Below are positions 15,180-23,237 of a stretch of 41,532 bases of DNA, in pieces; the stretch's first letter is position 1; each line of letters opens with the position of its first letter. A program made the position numbers and the translations under genes. Source of the stretch: Clostridia bacterium (lineage in GTDB: Bacteria > Bacillota > Clostridia > Monoglobales > Monoglobaceae); contig JAZLCI010000083.1 of NCBI GenBank assembly GCA_045614085.1, positions 1 to 41,532 on the forward strand, read 5' to 3'. The notes under the pieces were generated by a model. It was given only the letters and a program-made list of their open reading frames with translations, made no database searches and was not told the DNA's origin.

Positions 15180-16229
15180 TTATAAATAGTTTGGAACAAG
15201 CTTAAGACCTTCGTCTTCATCAAAGCCAAACATAATGTTCATGTTCTGTACTGCCTGACCTGCGGCACCTTTAACAAGATTGTCTATGCAGGAAATAATA
15301 ACAGCACGGTTTAATCTTTCGTCAACAGCAATACCAATACCTAGATTATTTGAACCTGCAACGTGCTTAACTTCAGGCAACTCTCCTGCATCGTATACCT
15401 TTATAAATTCCTTGTCCTTGTAGAAGTCTTTATAAAGTGCGACGATTTCATCAAGAGATTTCTTTTCCTTCATATTGATATAACAGGTTGCAAGAATACC
15501 TCTCTTCATAGGAGCAAGATGTGGAGTAAATGAAAGCATAATCTCCTCGCCTGCTGCGTGAGATAATTCTTGTTCGATTTCAGATGTATGTCTGTGCTTA
15601 GCTATGTTATAAGCCTTCATTGTTTCTGTACATTCACAGAAAAGGTTAGGGAGCTTTGCACCTCTGCCTGCACCTGTAACGCCTGACTTTGCATCTATTA
15701 TAATACTGTGGTTGTCTGCCCAGCCGGAGTTTACAAGTGGATAAAGACCTAAAATAGAACAGGTTGTGTAGCATCCCGGGTTACCTATAAGGCGTGCGTT
15801 TTTAATTTTTTCAGGATAAAGCTCGCACATGCCGTAAACAGCCTTGTCTAAAAGTTCAGGGTCAGAGTGTTCTTCACCGTACCATTTTTCATATACGGCA
15901 GGGTCGTCATATCTGAAGTCACCTGACAGGTCGATTATGCAAAGACCCTTTTCATATAATTTAGGAATAACTTCCTTTGATGCTCCGTGAGGGAGGGCTG
16001 TAAACACCAAATCGCAGTTTTCTGCTATGTCGTCTATATCAAGGCCTGTACATTCAATATCGCATATTCCTTTAAGGTTAGGATAAAGGTCAGAAATCTT
16101 AGTTCCTTCATATGAATGGGAAACTATTCTTGTAAGGCTTACCTCCTTATGTCTTGCAAGAAGTCTCAATGTTTCAACCCCTGCGTATCCTGTAGCACCA
16201 AGTATGCCTACTTTAATCATAAATTTCAT
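15180..16229 (-). CDS. argC: N-acetyl-gamma-glutamyl-phosphate reductase
   Basis: GILGATGYAGVE at the N-terminus and the active-site region GNPGCYTT. The start is ambiguous between 16229 (MKFMIKV) and 16220 (MIKV). Confidence 0.92.
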   Translation of the reverse strand: MKFMIKVGILGATGYAGVETLRLLARHKEVSLTRIVSHSYEGTKISDLYPNLKGICDIECTGLDIDDIAENCDLVFTALPHGASKEVIPKLYEKGLCIIDLSGDFRYDDPAVYEKWYGEEHSDPELLDKAVYGMCELYPEKIKNARLIGNPGCYTTCSILGLYPLVNSGWADNHSIIIDAKSGVTGAGRGAKLPNLFCECTETMKAYNIAKHRHTSEIEQELSHAAGEEIMLSFTPHLAPMKRGILATCYINMKEKKSLDEIVALYKDFYKDKEFIKVYDAGELPEVKHVAGSNNLGIGIAVDERLNRAVIISCIDNLVKGAAGQAVQNMNIMFGFDEDEGLKLVPNYL

Positions 16230-16332
16230 AACCTTTCTGCCCACATAATATTTATGCACTTATCTATGGGCAGGATAAGGCATATAACTTAATATGTATA
16301 TTGCATATATACAAAATTTTCAAACATACACC

Positions 16333-16361
16333 ATTATATATGATTTGTTAATATTTTTCAA
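16333..16361 (-). promoter_or_regulatory. putative argC promoter (TTGAAA-N17-TATAAT)
   Basis: On the minus strand, TTGAAA is at 16361-16356 and TATAAT at 16338-16333. The A/T palindrome ATATGcaatataCATAT lies downstream at about 16292-16308 and is a weak ARG-box candidate. Confidence 0.45.
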
Positions 16362-16476
16362 GTATTATAGGGAAAAAAGTTGGATTTTTGAGCAACTTTT
16401 TTGCATAAAATCTTTACTTTTCGGCACTTTGTATGTTTTTGACAAAAAGAAATTTTATATTTGTGCATTTAGGTGC

Positions 16477-16512
16477 TTACAATTTTTTTGCAAGTGTGCT
16501 ACAATATAGCAC
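16477..16512 (+). promoter_or_regulatory. promoter (TTACAA-N17-TGcTACAAT) with a palindrome over the -10
   Basis: TTACAA at 16477-16482 and TACAAT at 16500-16505. The inverted repeat GTGCTAcaataTAGCAC spans 16496-16512. Confidence 0.5.
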
Positions 16513-16552
16513 GTGAAGATGAAACTATGCGAATTTTTAGGAGGTCTTTATT

Positions 16553-17659
16553 ATGGCAAGTTTAAATCTTAAGAATATAACAAAAACTTATTCAGGTGGT
16601 TTTACTGCAGTTAAGGATTTCAACCTTGAAATTGACGATAAGGAATTTATCATTTTCGTTGGTCCTTCAGGTTGCGGTAAGACAACTACTCTTCGTATGA
16701 TTGCTGGTCTTGAAGAAATCACAGATGGTGAACTTTACATCGGCGACAAGCTTATGAACGACGTTGTTCCAAAGGACAGAGATATAGCTATGGTTTTCCA
16801 GAACTACGCTCTTTATGCTCATATGACAGTATATGAGAACATGGCTTTCGGTCTTAAGCTCAGAAAGGTTCCAAAGGATGAAATCAAGAAGAGAGTTGAC
16901 GAAGCAGCTCAGATTCTCGGTATCGAACACTTACTCGACAGAAAGCCAAAGGCTTTATCTGGTGGTCAGAGACAGCGTGTTGCTTTAGGTCGTGCTATCG
17001 TTCGTGAACCAAAGGTATTCCTTATGGACGAACCTCTCTCTAACCTTGATGCTAAGCTCCGTGTTCAGATGAGAACAGAAATCGGTAAGCTCCACAAGAA
17101 GCTTGCTACTACATTTATCTACGTTACTCATGACCAGACAGAAGCTATGACAATGGGTACAAGAATCGTTGTTATGAAGGATGGTATCGTTCAGCAGGTT
17201 GATACTCCTGCTAACCTTTACTCAAATCCTTGCAATATGTTCGTTGCAGGCTTTATCGGAAGCCCACAGATGAACTTTATCGACGTTGTAGTTAATGTTA
17301 AGGCTGAAGGTACATACCTCACAAACGGAAACTTCTCTGTTAAGCTTCCTGAAGGTAAGGCAAAGGGTCTTGAAGCATACAACGGCAAGGAAGTTGTTAT
17401 GGGTATCAGACCAGAAGATATCTATGATGATCAGCTTCACATCACAGAAGCTCCTGACGCTACAACAGATGTAGAAATCGAACTCACAGAAATGATGGGT
17501 GCTGAAACATATCTCTACTTCGCAGTTGAAGGCGTTAACTTCACAGCCAGAGTTAACCCACGTACTAAGGCTGAACTCGGTCAGAAGATTACAATTGCCC
17601 TTGATCCTAATAAAATTCACTTATTCGATAAGGAAACAGAAGCAGCTATCCTTAACTAA
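16553..17659 (+). CDS. sugar ABC-transporter ATP-binding protein (MsmK/MalK/UgpC type), no adjacent permease genes
   Basis: GPSGCGKTT, LSGGQRQRVA, FLMDEPLSNLD, VTHDQ and a C-terminal MalK-like regulatory domain. Confidence 0.93.
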   Translation: MASLNLKNITKTYSGGFTAVKDFNLEIDDKEFIIFVGPSGCGKTTTLRMIAGLEEITDGELYIGDKLMNDVVPKDRDIAMVFQNYALYAHMTVYENMAFGLKLRKVPKDEIKKRVDEAAQILGIEHLLDRKPKALSGGQRQRVALGRAIVREPKVFLMDEPLSNLDAKLRVQMRTEIGKLHKKLATTFIYVTHDQTEAMTMGTRIVVMKDGIVQQVDTPANLYSNPCNMFVAGFIGSPQMNFIDVVVNVKAEGTYLTNGNFSVKLPEGKAKGLEAYNGKEVVMGIRPEDIYDDQLHITEAPDATTDVEIELTEMMGAETYLYFAVEGVNFTARVNPRTKAELGQKITIALDPNKIHLFDKETEAAILN

Positions 17660-17676
17660 TTTTCATAGTTAATTAT

Positions 17677-17703
17677 AAAGGCACGGTTTAAACCGTGCCT
17701 TTT
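17677..17703 (+). terminator. intrinsic terminator (copy 1 of the duplicated hairpin)
   Basis: aaaGGCACGGtttaaaCCGTGCCtttt. Confidence 0.8.
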
Positions 17704-17942
17704 AGACTGTCGAAAAACACCGATCTACCGCAAGCAGGACTAAAATAAAAAGAATTATGAATTAGCGGTTATAATATAAAAGGCATGAAAATGGTGCGGT
17801 TCTCATCGAGGGAACCGCACCATTGCTTGCTTTTCGCGAAATTGTTCTCTACCGTACCAAAGTACGCCGACGAAAACAATTTCACGAAATATTCCGGCAT
17901 TTTTCGTCCTCTGTTCAGCGTGTCGATTTTATCGACACGCTG
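17704..17942. other. highly structured non-coding insert between two copies of the same terminator hairpin
   Basis: Perfect 12-bp stems at 17791-17823 (ATGGTGCGGTTC/GAACCGCACCAT) and 17916-17942 (CAGCGTGTCGAT/ATCGACACGCTG). A nested 12-bp stem with one mismatch lies at 17835-17886. Confidence 0.6.
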
Positions 17943-17971
17943 AAAGCCACGGTTTAAACCGTGCCTTTTTT
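17943..17971 (-). terminator. terminator of spoIIR (copy 2 of the duplicated hairpin)
   Basis: aaaGCCACGGtttaaaCCGTGCCtttttt. It matches copy 1 apart from one substitution in the left arm and a longer T run. Confidence 0.7.
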
Positions 17972-17976
17972 GTATG

Positions 17977-18597
17977 TTATTTTATATACTTACCTAAAAT
18001 TTCTGCTATTTTAAACTTTATTTCAAATCCTTTTGCGTTTGTGATAAGCTTATATTCATCTTCTGTCAAAACTTCTTTAAGTTTTTCTTTCGAAGAATCA
18101 GGAACAGAAATAACCCCTTCAGTAAGACAAAGGGGTGGATACATTACACACCACCAGTTTTGCCCCTTTCCGTCACCAATTTTTATGTTAAGGGCTGTGT
18201 ACTTCCCTGCAGGAAGAGATACATCTTCATAGGTTTTGGTTGGAAATGTACAAGTGGATAGGGTGGCGGTTACAGCCTTGTTATAACCATACTTTAAAAG
18301 TTCGTCTTTGGCACTTTCTTCTATTTTGCTTAACTTTTCGTCTGCGACCTTTATTGTTTCTTTTATATTGGAACACTCTTTAAATATTCCTGAATAATCA
18401 GACAGTATTCTGTCTCTGACCTTAAGCTTTAAATTCTGGTCCGAAACCGTATCGCTTTCTCCTATGATATGAAGCCTTAAAACATTGTTGGCTATCCCTG
18501 ATTTTAAGTTAAGAATATACCCTGCTGTGAATACAGTAAAAGCAATAAAAATAGCAGACAAAATCATAAGTATTTTAAGTAAAAGCTTATTCATCAT
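17977..18597 (-). CDS. spoIIR: stage II sporulation protein R
   Basis: N-terminal membrane anchor, LRLHIIGESDTVSDQNLKLKVRD and NWWCVMYPPLCL. Start taken at the ATG after SD GAAAGGA. Confidence 0.88.
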   Translation of the reverse strand: MMNKLLLKILMILSAIFIAFTVFTAGYILNLKSGIANNVLRLHIIGESDTVSDQNLKLKVRDRILSDYSGIFKECSNIKETIKVADEKLSKIEESAKDELLKYGYNKAVTATLSTCTFPTKTYEDVSLPAGKYTALNIKIGDGKGQNWWCVMYPPLCLTEGVISVPDSSKEKLKEVLTEDEYKLITNAKGFEIKFKIAEILGKYIK

Positions 18598-18752
18598 AAA
18601 AAGTCCTTTCAAACAGATATAATTTAAATGGTAACTTAATATATTTTTAACAAATATTTAGTATATATACATATTGATTTTTTTGCGTATTTGAGGTAAA
18701 ATGTATAATAGTGATATTATGGTGAATTATTGGTTAAGAAAGGTTTTGTGTT

Positions 18753-19817
18753 ATGAATAAATTAAATGTTTGTGTATTATTCGGCGGAGTATCAAGTGAG
18801 CACGAAGTTTCACTTCTTTCTTCAACAACAGTTGTAAAAGCACTTGATGAAAATAAGTACAATATACATATGATAGGCATTACAAAGGACGGACAGTGGA
18901 AGTACTTTGATGATACTGTTGATAACATCGTTAATTTCGATAAGAATTTTAATAATTATAAAAAGGCTATCATTTCTCCTGACAGAGATGATAAGGGCAT
19001 CCTTGTTATAGACAATGATAAGATAGAAAAAATTGCGATTGACGTTTGCGTTCCTGCCATGCACGGAAAGAATGGTGAAGACGGAACAATGCAGGGCCTT
19101 TTTGAACTTGCAGGAATCCCTTATGTCGGACCTAAAGTTATAGGCAGTGCTATCTGTATGGATAAGGGTGTAGCAAAGATAATGTTTCGCGAGGCGGACA
19201 TTCCTCAGTCTGCATGGGTTGAAGTTAAGGCGGATTCAAAGGGGAATTATGACGAATCAAAGCTTGATGAAATAGAAAGTAAGCTTGGCTTCCCTTGTTT
19301 TGTAAAGCCTTGTAATGCAGGCTCATCAGTAGGCATCAGTAAGGCGAAGGACAGAGATGCTCTTAAACAGGGATTAAAAGATGCGTTTATACACGATACA
19401 AAAGTTATAGTAGAGGAAGCGGTAAACGCCCGAGAAATAGAAACATCTGTTATGGGTAACAACGAACCTTTATGTGCGCCTGTTATAGGTGAGATTATTG
19501 CGGCGGCAGACTTTTATGATTACGATGCAAAATACAAGGATGAAAATTCAAGACTTGTTATGCCTGCAGAAATTGACGAAGAAACAGCACAGAAAATCCG
19601 TGAATATGCAGTAAAGGCATATAAGATATGCGAATGTAAGGGCTTATCCAGAGTAGACTTTTTTGTGGATAAGGATACAGGCGCAATTAAGCTTAACGAG
19701 ATAAACACTCTTCCCGGCTTTACATCTATAAGTATGTATCCAAAGCTTTGGGAAAAGAGTGGACTTATGATAACTGACCTTTTGGATAAGCTTATAGAAT
19801 ATGCAATGGAGGGATAA
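18753..19817 (+). CDS. ddl: D-alanine--D-alanine ligase
   Basis: VLFGGVSSEHEVS, HGKNGEDGTMQGL, ATP-grasp core, EINTLPGFT. Confidence 0.95.
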   Translation: MNKLNVCVLFGGVSSEHEVSLLSSTTVVKALDENKYNIHMIGITKDGQWKYFDDTVDNIVNFDKNFNNYKKAIISPDRDDKGILVIDNDKIEKIAIDVCVPAMHGKNGEDGTMQGLFELAGIPYVGPKVIGSAICMDKGVAKIMFREADIPQSAWVEVKADSKGNYDESKLDEIESKLGFPCFVKPCNAGSSVGISKAKDRDALKQGLKDAFIHDTKVIVEEAVNAREIETSVMGNNEPLCAPVIGEIIAAADFYDYDAKYKDENSRLVMPAEIDEETAQKIREYAVKAYKICECKGLSRVDFFVDKDTGAIKLNEINTLPGFTSISMYPKLWEKSGLMITDLLDKLIEYAMEG

Positions 19818-19819
19818 CT

Positions 19820-20623
19820 GTGGACAACAGACCCATAGGGATTTTTGATTCAGGACTTGGGGGATTGACCTGCGTAAAAAAGGTTATGGAGATTATGCCC
19901 AACGAGAATATCATATATTTTGGAGATACAGGCAGGGTTCCTTACGGAACAAAAAGCCGTGAAACTATTAAAAAATATGTGATGCAGGATATAAACTTTC
20001 TTGAAACATTTGATATTAAGTTTATTATCATTGCCTGTGGAACGGCAAGCAGTGCGACCCTTCCTTATATAAAGGAAGATATTAACACAGATATAATCGG
20101 CGTGTTGGAGCCAACCTGTAAAATGGCAGTAAGCCTTACTAAAAACAAAAAGATAGGCGTTATTGGTACACAGGGCGCTATAAACAGCGGAAAGTACAAA
20201 GAAACAATTAACGAGTTAGATAATGATATAGAGGTTTTCAGTAAAGCGTGCCCTATGTTTGTGCCTATTGTAGAAAATGGATACACAAAGGGTGAGGTAG
20301 CAAAAATAATAGTAGAGGAATATCTTGCACCCTTAAAGGAAGAGGGAATAGACACACTTATTTTAGGGTGTACACACTATCCATTGCTTACAGATGAGAT
20401 ACAAAAGTTTATGGGCGATGGCGTGACATTGGTTAATTCAGGAGCTGCCGCTGCTTTGGAGGCAAGAGAAATCCTTAAGGAAAATGATATGCTTGGAAGT
20501 TGCAAGGGTGAAGTTAAATACTATGTAAGTGATACCGTTGACAGCTTTCAGGAATTGGGAAGTGCCTTTTTGGAAAGAAACATCGGTGGAGATGTTGAAA
20601 AGATAGATATAGAAAAATATTAA
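19820..20623 (+). CDS. murI: glutamate racemase
   Basis: IGIFDSGLGGLT, IIACGTAS, LGCTHYPLL. GTG start. Confidence 0.93.
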   Translation: MDNRPIGIFDSGLGGLTCVKKVMEIMPNENIIYFGDTGRVPYGTKSRETIKKYVMQDINFLETFDIKFIIIACGTASSATLPYIKEDINTDIIGVLEPTCKMAVSLTKNKKIGVIGTQGAINSGKYKETINELDNDIEVFSKACPMFVPIVENGYTKGEVAKIIVEEYLAPLKEEGIDTLILGCTHYPLLTDEIQKFMGDGVTLVNSGAAAALEAREILKENDMLGSCKGEVKYYVSDTVDSFQELGSAFLERNIGGDVEKIDIEKY

Positions 20624-20635
20624 GGAAAGTTTTAT

Positions 20636-21112
20636 ATGGAAGATAACGTAAAGATATGGATAAAAACCTATCAGGATATTGATGGGGGCAGCGACGAAGA
20701 GCCTATTGAGCTTGAAACAACAGGACTGTTTGGCATCCTTAACGGAAAGTATATCCTAAAATATAAAGAAAGTGAAATGACAGGCTTTGAGGATACGGTT
20801 ACAACCCTTAAAATATGGAAAGGAAATGTTATCGTGTCCCGACGAGGAAAGTTTGATATGAAGCTTTGTTATGTAGAGGGAGAGAAAAACCTTTGCTTGT
20901 ATCCCACACAGTATGGGCAGATAGGTGCCGCTATAAAAACTTTTTTGGTTGATTTTGAATTCGGGGATTGTGAGGGTTGGCTTAAGGTTGACTACACAAT
21001 AGACGCAGATAACGAAAACTTTTGCAGAAATTCATTAAATATAAAAATAGAGCCTATCTCAATAAGGAGCGAAGATAAGCCTAAAATACATAAGATAAAC
21101 AAAACTGTCTGA
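20636..21112 (+). CDS. DUF1934 (YwiB-like) protein
   Basis: The size fits, and the position immediately upstream of argS matches the ywiB-argS arrangement in Firmicutes. I saw no diagnostic sequence motif. Confidence 0.7.
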   Translation: MEDNVKIWIKTYQDIDGGSDEEPIELETTGLFGILNGKYILKYKESEMTGFEDTVTTLKIWKGNVIVSRRGKFDMKLCYVEGEKNLCLYPTQYGQIGAAIKTFLVDFEFGDCEGWLKVDYTIDADNENFCRNSLNIKIEPISIRSEDKPKIHKINKTV

Positions 21113-21133
21113 TATACAGAAAGGAAGAAAGTT

Positions 21134-22831
21134 ATGAGTTTATATGAGAATATGAAGGACAAAATAACAAGTAAGATAGCCTATGGATTTTCAGAGGCTA
21201 TCAGTTCAGGTGAATTTGAAAGTGTTGATGTAAATATAAAAGATATGATAAAGCTTGAAGTACCAAAGGACAAGCAACATGGTGACTTTGCCTGCAATAT
21301 CGCCATGGTACTTGCAAAGGCTTTAAAGAAAGCTCCAAGGCAGATAGCAGAAACAGTTGTTTCTCATATATCAACAGACGAGGATATAAAGCAGATAGAA
21401 ATCGCAGGAGCGGGCTTTATAAACTTCTACCTTACACCAAACTGGCTCTATAAGACAATGGAAGAGATAGAGAAGCAAGGCAAGGATTATGGTAAAATTG
21501 ATATAGGCAAGGGCAAGAAGGTTATGGTTGAGTTTGTTAGTGCAAACCCAACAGGCCCTATGCATATGGGTAACGCAAGAGGCGGAGCTTTAGGTGACTG
21601 TTTAGCATCAGTTTTAGAGTATGCAGGTTATGAAGTAACCCGTGAGTTTTATGTAAACGATGCAGGCAACCAGATAGAAAAGTTTGGTAATTCATTAAAC
21701 GCAAGATATATTCAGGCACTCAAAGGCGAGGATGCTATAGAGTTCCCTGAAGACGGATACCATGGTGATGATATTAAGGAACATGCTAAAGCCTTTATCG
21801 AAATAAACGGGGATAAGTATTTAGATGCAAGTGAAGAAGAAAGAAAAGCAGCCCTTGTTGACTATGCTTTAGAGAAGAATGTTCAGGCTTTAAAGACTGA
21901 CCTTGAAAAGTACAGAATTTACTACGATGTATGGTTCAGAGAAAGCAAACTCCACGAAAGCGGAGAGGTTATGAATGCTATAAAGCAGTTAACTGACAAT
22001 GGCTATACCTACGAAGAAGATGGTGCTATTTGGCTTAACTGCGAAAAGATGGGTCTTGAAAAGAATGAGGTTCTTGTTCGTAAGAATGGTATTCCAACTT
22101 ACTTTGCAGCCGACATTGCATATCATATGAACAAGCTCAAGACAAGAGAATATGATTGGGCAATCAACATATGGGGCGCAGATCACCACGGTCACGTTGC
22201 AAGAATGAAAAAGGCGTTGGAGGCTGTGAATATAAACTCTGACAGACTTGATGTTGTTCTTATGCAGTTGGTACGTCTTATGCAGGACGGCGAAGTTGTA
22301 AGAATGTCAAAGCGTACAGGTAAGGCCGTTACCTTATCTGACCTTTTGGAAGAAATCAGTATTGATGCGGCAAGATTCTTCTTTAATATGAGAAGCGCAG
22401 GCAGTCACTTAAACTTTGACTTGACCTTAGCTGCAGAACAGAGTAATGACAATCCTGTTTTCTATGTTCAGTATGCTCATGCAAGAATTTGCAGTATTAT
22501 AAGATTGTTGGCTGAAGACGGAATAAAGCCTGCTTCATATGCAGAAATCAAGCCAGAGCTTCTGACAGATGAAACAGAGCTTGCTCTTCTTAAGCGTCTT
22601 GCTGATTTACCTGATGAAATCAAGAGTGCAGCAGAAGCATTAGAGCCTGCAGGATTAACAAGATACGTTATGGAGCTTGCTACAGACTTCCATTCATTCT
22701 ACAACAACTGTCGTGTTAAGGGTGATGATGAAGAGCTTACAAAGGCACGACTTAAGCTTATCGACAGTGTACGTGTTGTTATGGGCGGAATACTCGGTAT
22801 GCTTAAGATAACTGCACCTGAAAAAATGTAA
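21134..22831 (+). CDS. argS: arginine--tRNA ligase
   Basis: SANPTGPMHMGNARGG (HIGH region), MSKRTGK (KMSKS-like) and a C-terminal DALR anticodon-binding region. Confidence 0.96.
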   Translation: MSLYENMKDKITSKIAYGFSEAISSGEFESVDVNIKDMIKLEVPKDKQHGDFACNIAMVLAKALKKAPRQIAETVVSHISTDEDIKQIEIAGAGFINFYLTPNWLYKTMEEIEKQGKDYGKIDIGKGKKVMVEFVSANPTGPMHMGNARGGALGDCLASVLEYAGYEVTREFYVNDAGNQIEKFGNSLNARYIQALKGEDAIEFPEDGYHGDDIKEHAKAFIEINGDKYLDASEEERKAALVDYALEKNVQALKTDLEKYRIYYDVWFRESKLHESGEVMNAIKQLTDNGYTYEEDGAIWLNCEKMGLEKNEVLVRKNGIPTYFAADIAYHMNKLKTREYDWAINIWGADHHGHVARMKKALEAVNINSDRLDVVLMQLVRLMQDGEVVRMSKRTGKAVTLSDLLEEISIDAARFFFNMRSAGSHLNFDLTLAAEQSNDNPVFYVQYAHARICSIIRLLAEDGIKPASYAEIKPELLTDETELALLKRLADLPDEIKSAAEALEPAGLTRYVMELATDFHSFYNNCRVKGDDEELTKARLKLIDSVRVVMGGILGMLKITAPEKM

Positions 22832-22855
22832 AATGTATTCAAGGAGTTTATGGGT

Positions 22856-23224
22856 ATGAGATATAAAAGACTTATAGCTATAGCTTTATGTATTATAAGC
22901 TTTTGCATATCTTCTGTGTATGCAAGTGACAGTATGGTTACCTCGGCATATATGCTTGAGGGAAACCTGTATTACTGTAACAGCAGTACAGGACAGGTTG
23001 TTCTTAAAAATGTAAAACCTCTTATGAGTGACAGCAGTGCTGCTGACCTTGCAAGAAAGATTGAATATACAGAAACAAGACTTTTTGATAAAAATCTTTT
23101 TCTTGCAGACAATACACAGATAGAATATGACTGGCTTAACAACTATGCAGATGATGCTGTCCGCTTTATTGCCATAGAGCAGGCTGACGGAAGTATAAGC
23201 ATTCTGCATCTGAAGTTTAAATAA
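22856..23224 (+). CDS. small secreted protein, unknown function
   Basis: Signal peptide MRYKRLIAIALCIISFCISSVYA. SD AAGGAG lies 9 nt upstream of ATG 22856. Confidence 0.65.
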   Translation: MRYKRLIAIALCIISFCISSVYASDSMVTSAYMLEGNLYYCNSSTGQVVLKNVKPLMSDSSAADLARKIEYTETRLFDKNLFLADNTQIEYDWLNNYADDAVRFIAIEQADGSISILHLKFK

Positions 23225-23237
23225 GGAAGTGTTAATA

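Noticed and set aside
16292-16308. ARG box (ArgR/AhrC operator) in the argC leader
   Set aside because: ATATGcaatataCATAT is A/T-palindromic but matches TNTGAATWWWWATTCANW at only some positions. It is kept only as a low-confidence note inside the promoter feature.
16507-16520. parS-like half site CACGTGAA
   Set aside because: The left half does not match TGTTNCACG. I found no full 16-bp parS or Noc-binding palindrome anywhere in the window.
18613-18752. Sigma-F-type promoter for spoIIR and a sigma-A promoter for ddl in the divergent spacer
   Set aside because: I could not place a convincing GYATA-N15-GGnrAnAnTw motif or a well-spaced -35/-10 pair. The region is too AT-rich for by-eye calls.
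19643-19673. A perfect DnaA box TGTGGATAA (19664-19672) and an inverted near-copy TTATCCAGA (19644-19652) forming an 8-bp inverted repeat
   Set aside because: Both lie inside the conserved ddl coding sequence (GLSRVDFFVDKD). An isolated pair in a coding region is most simply coincidence.
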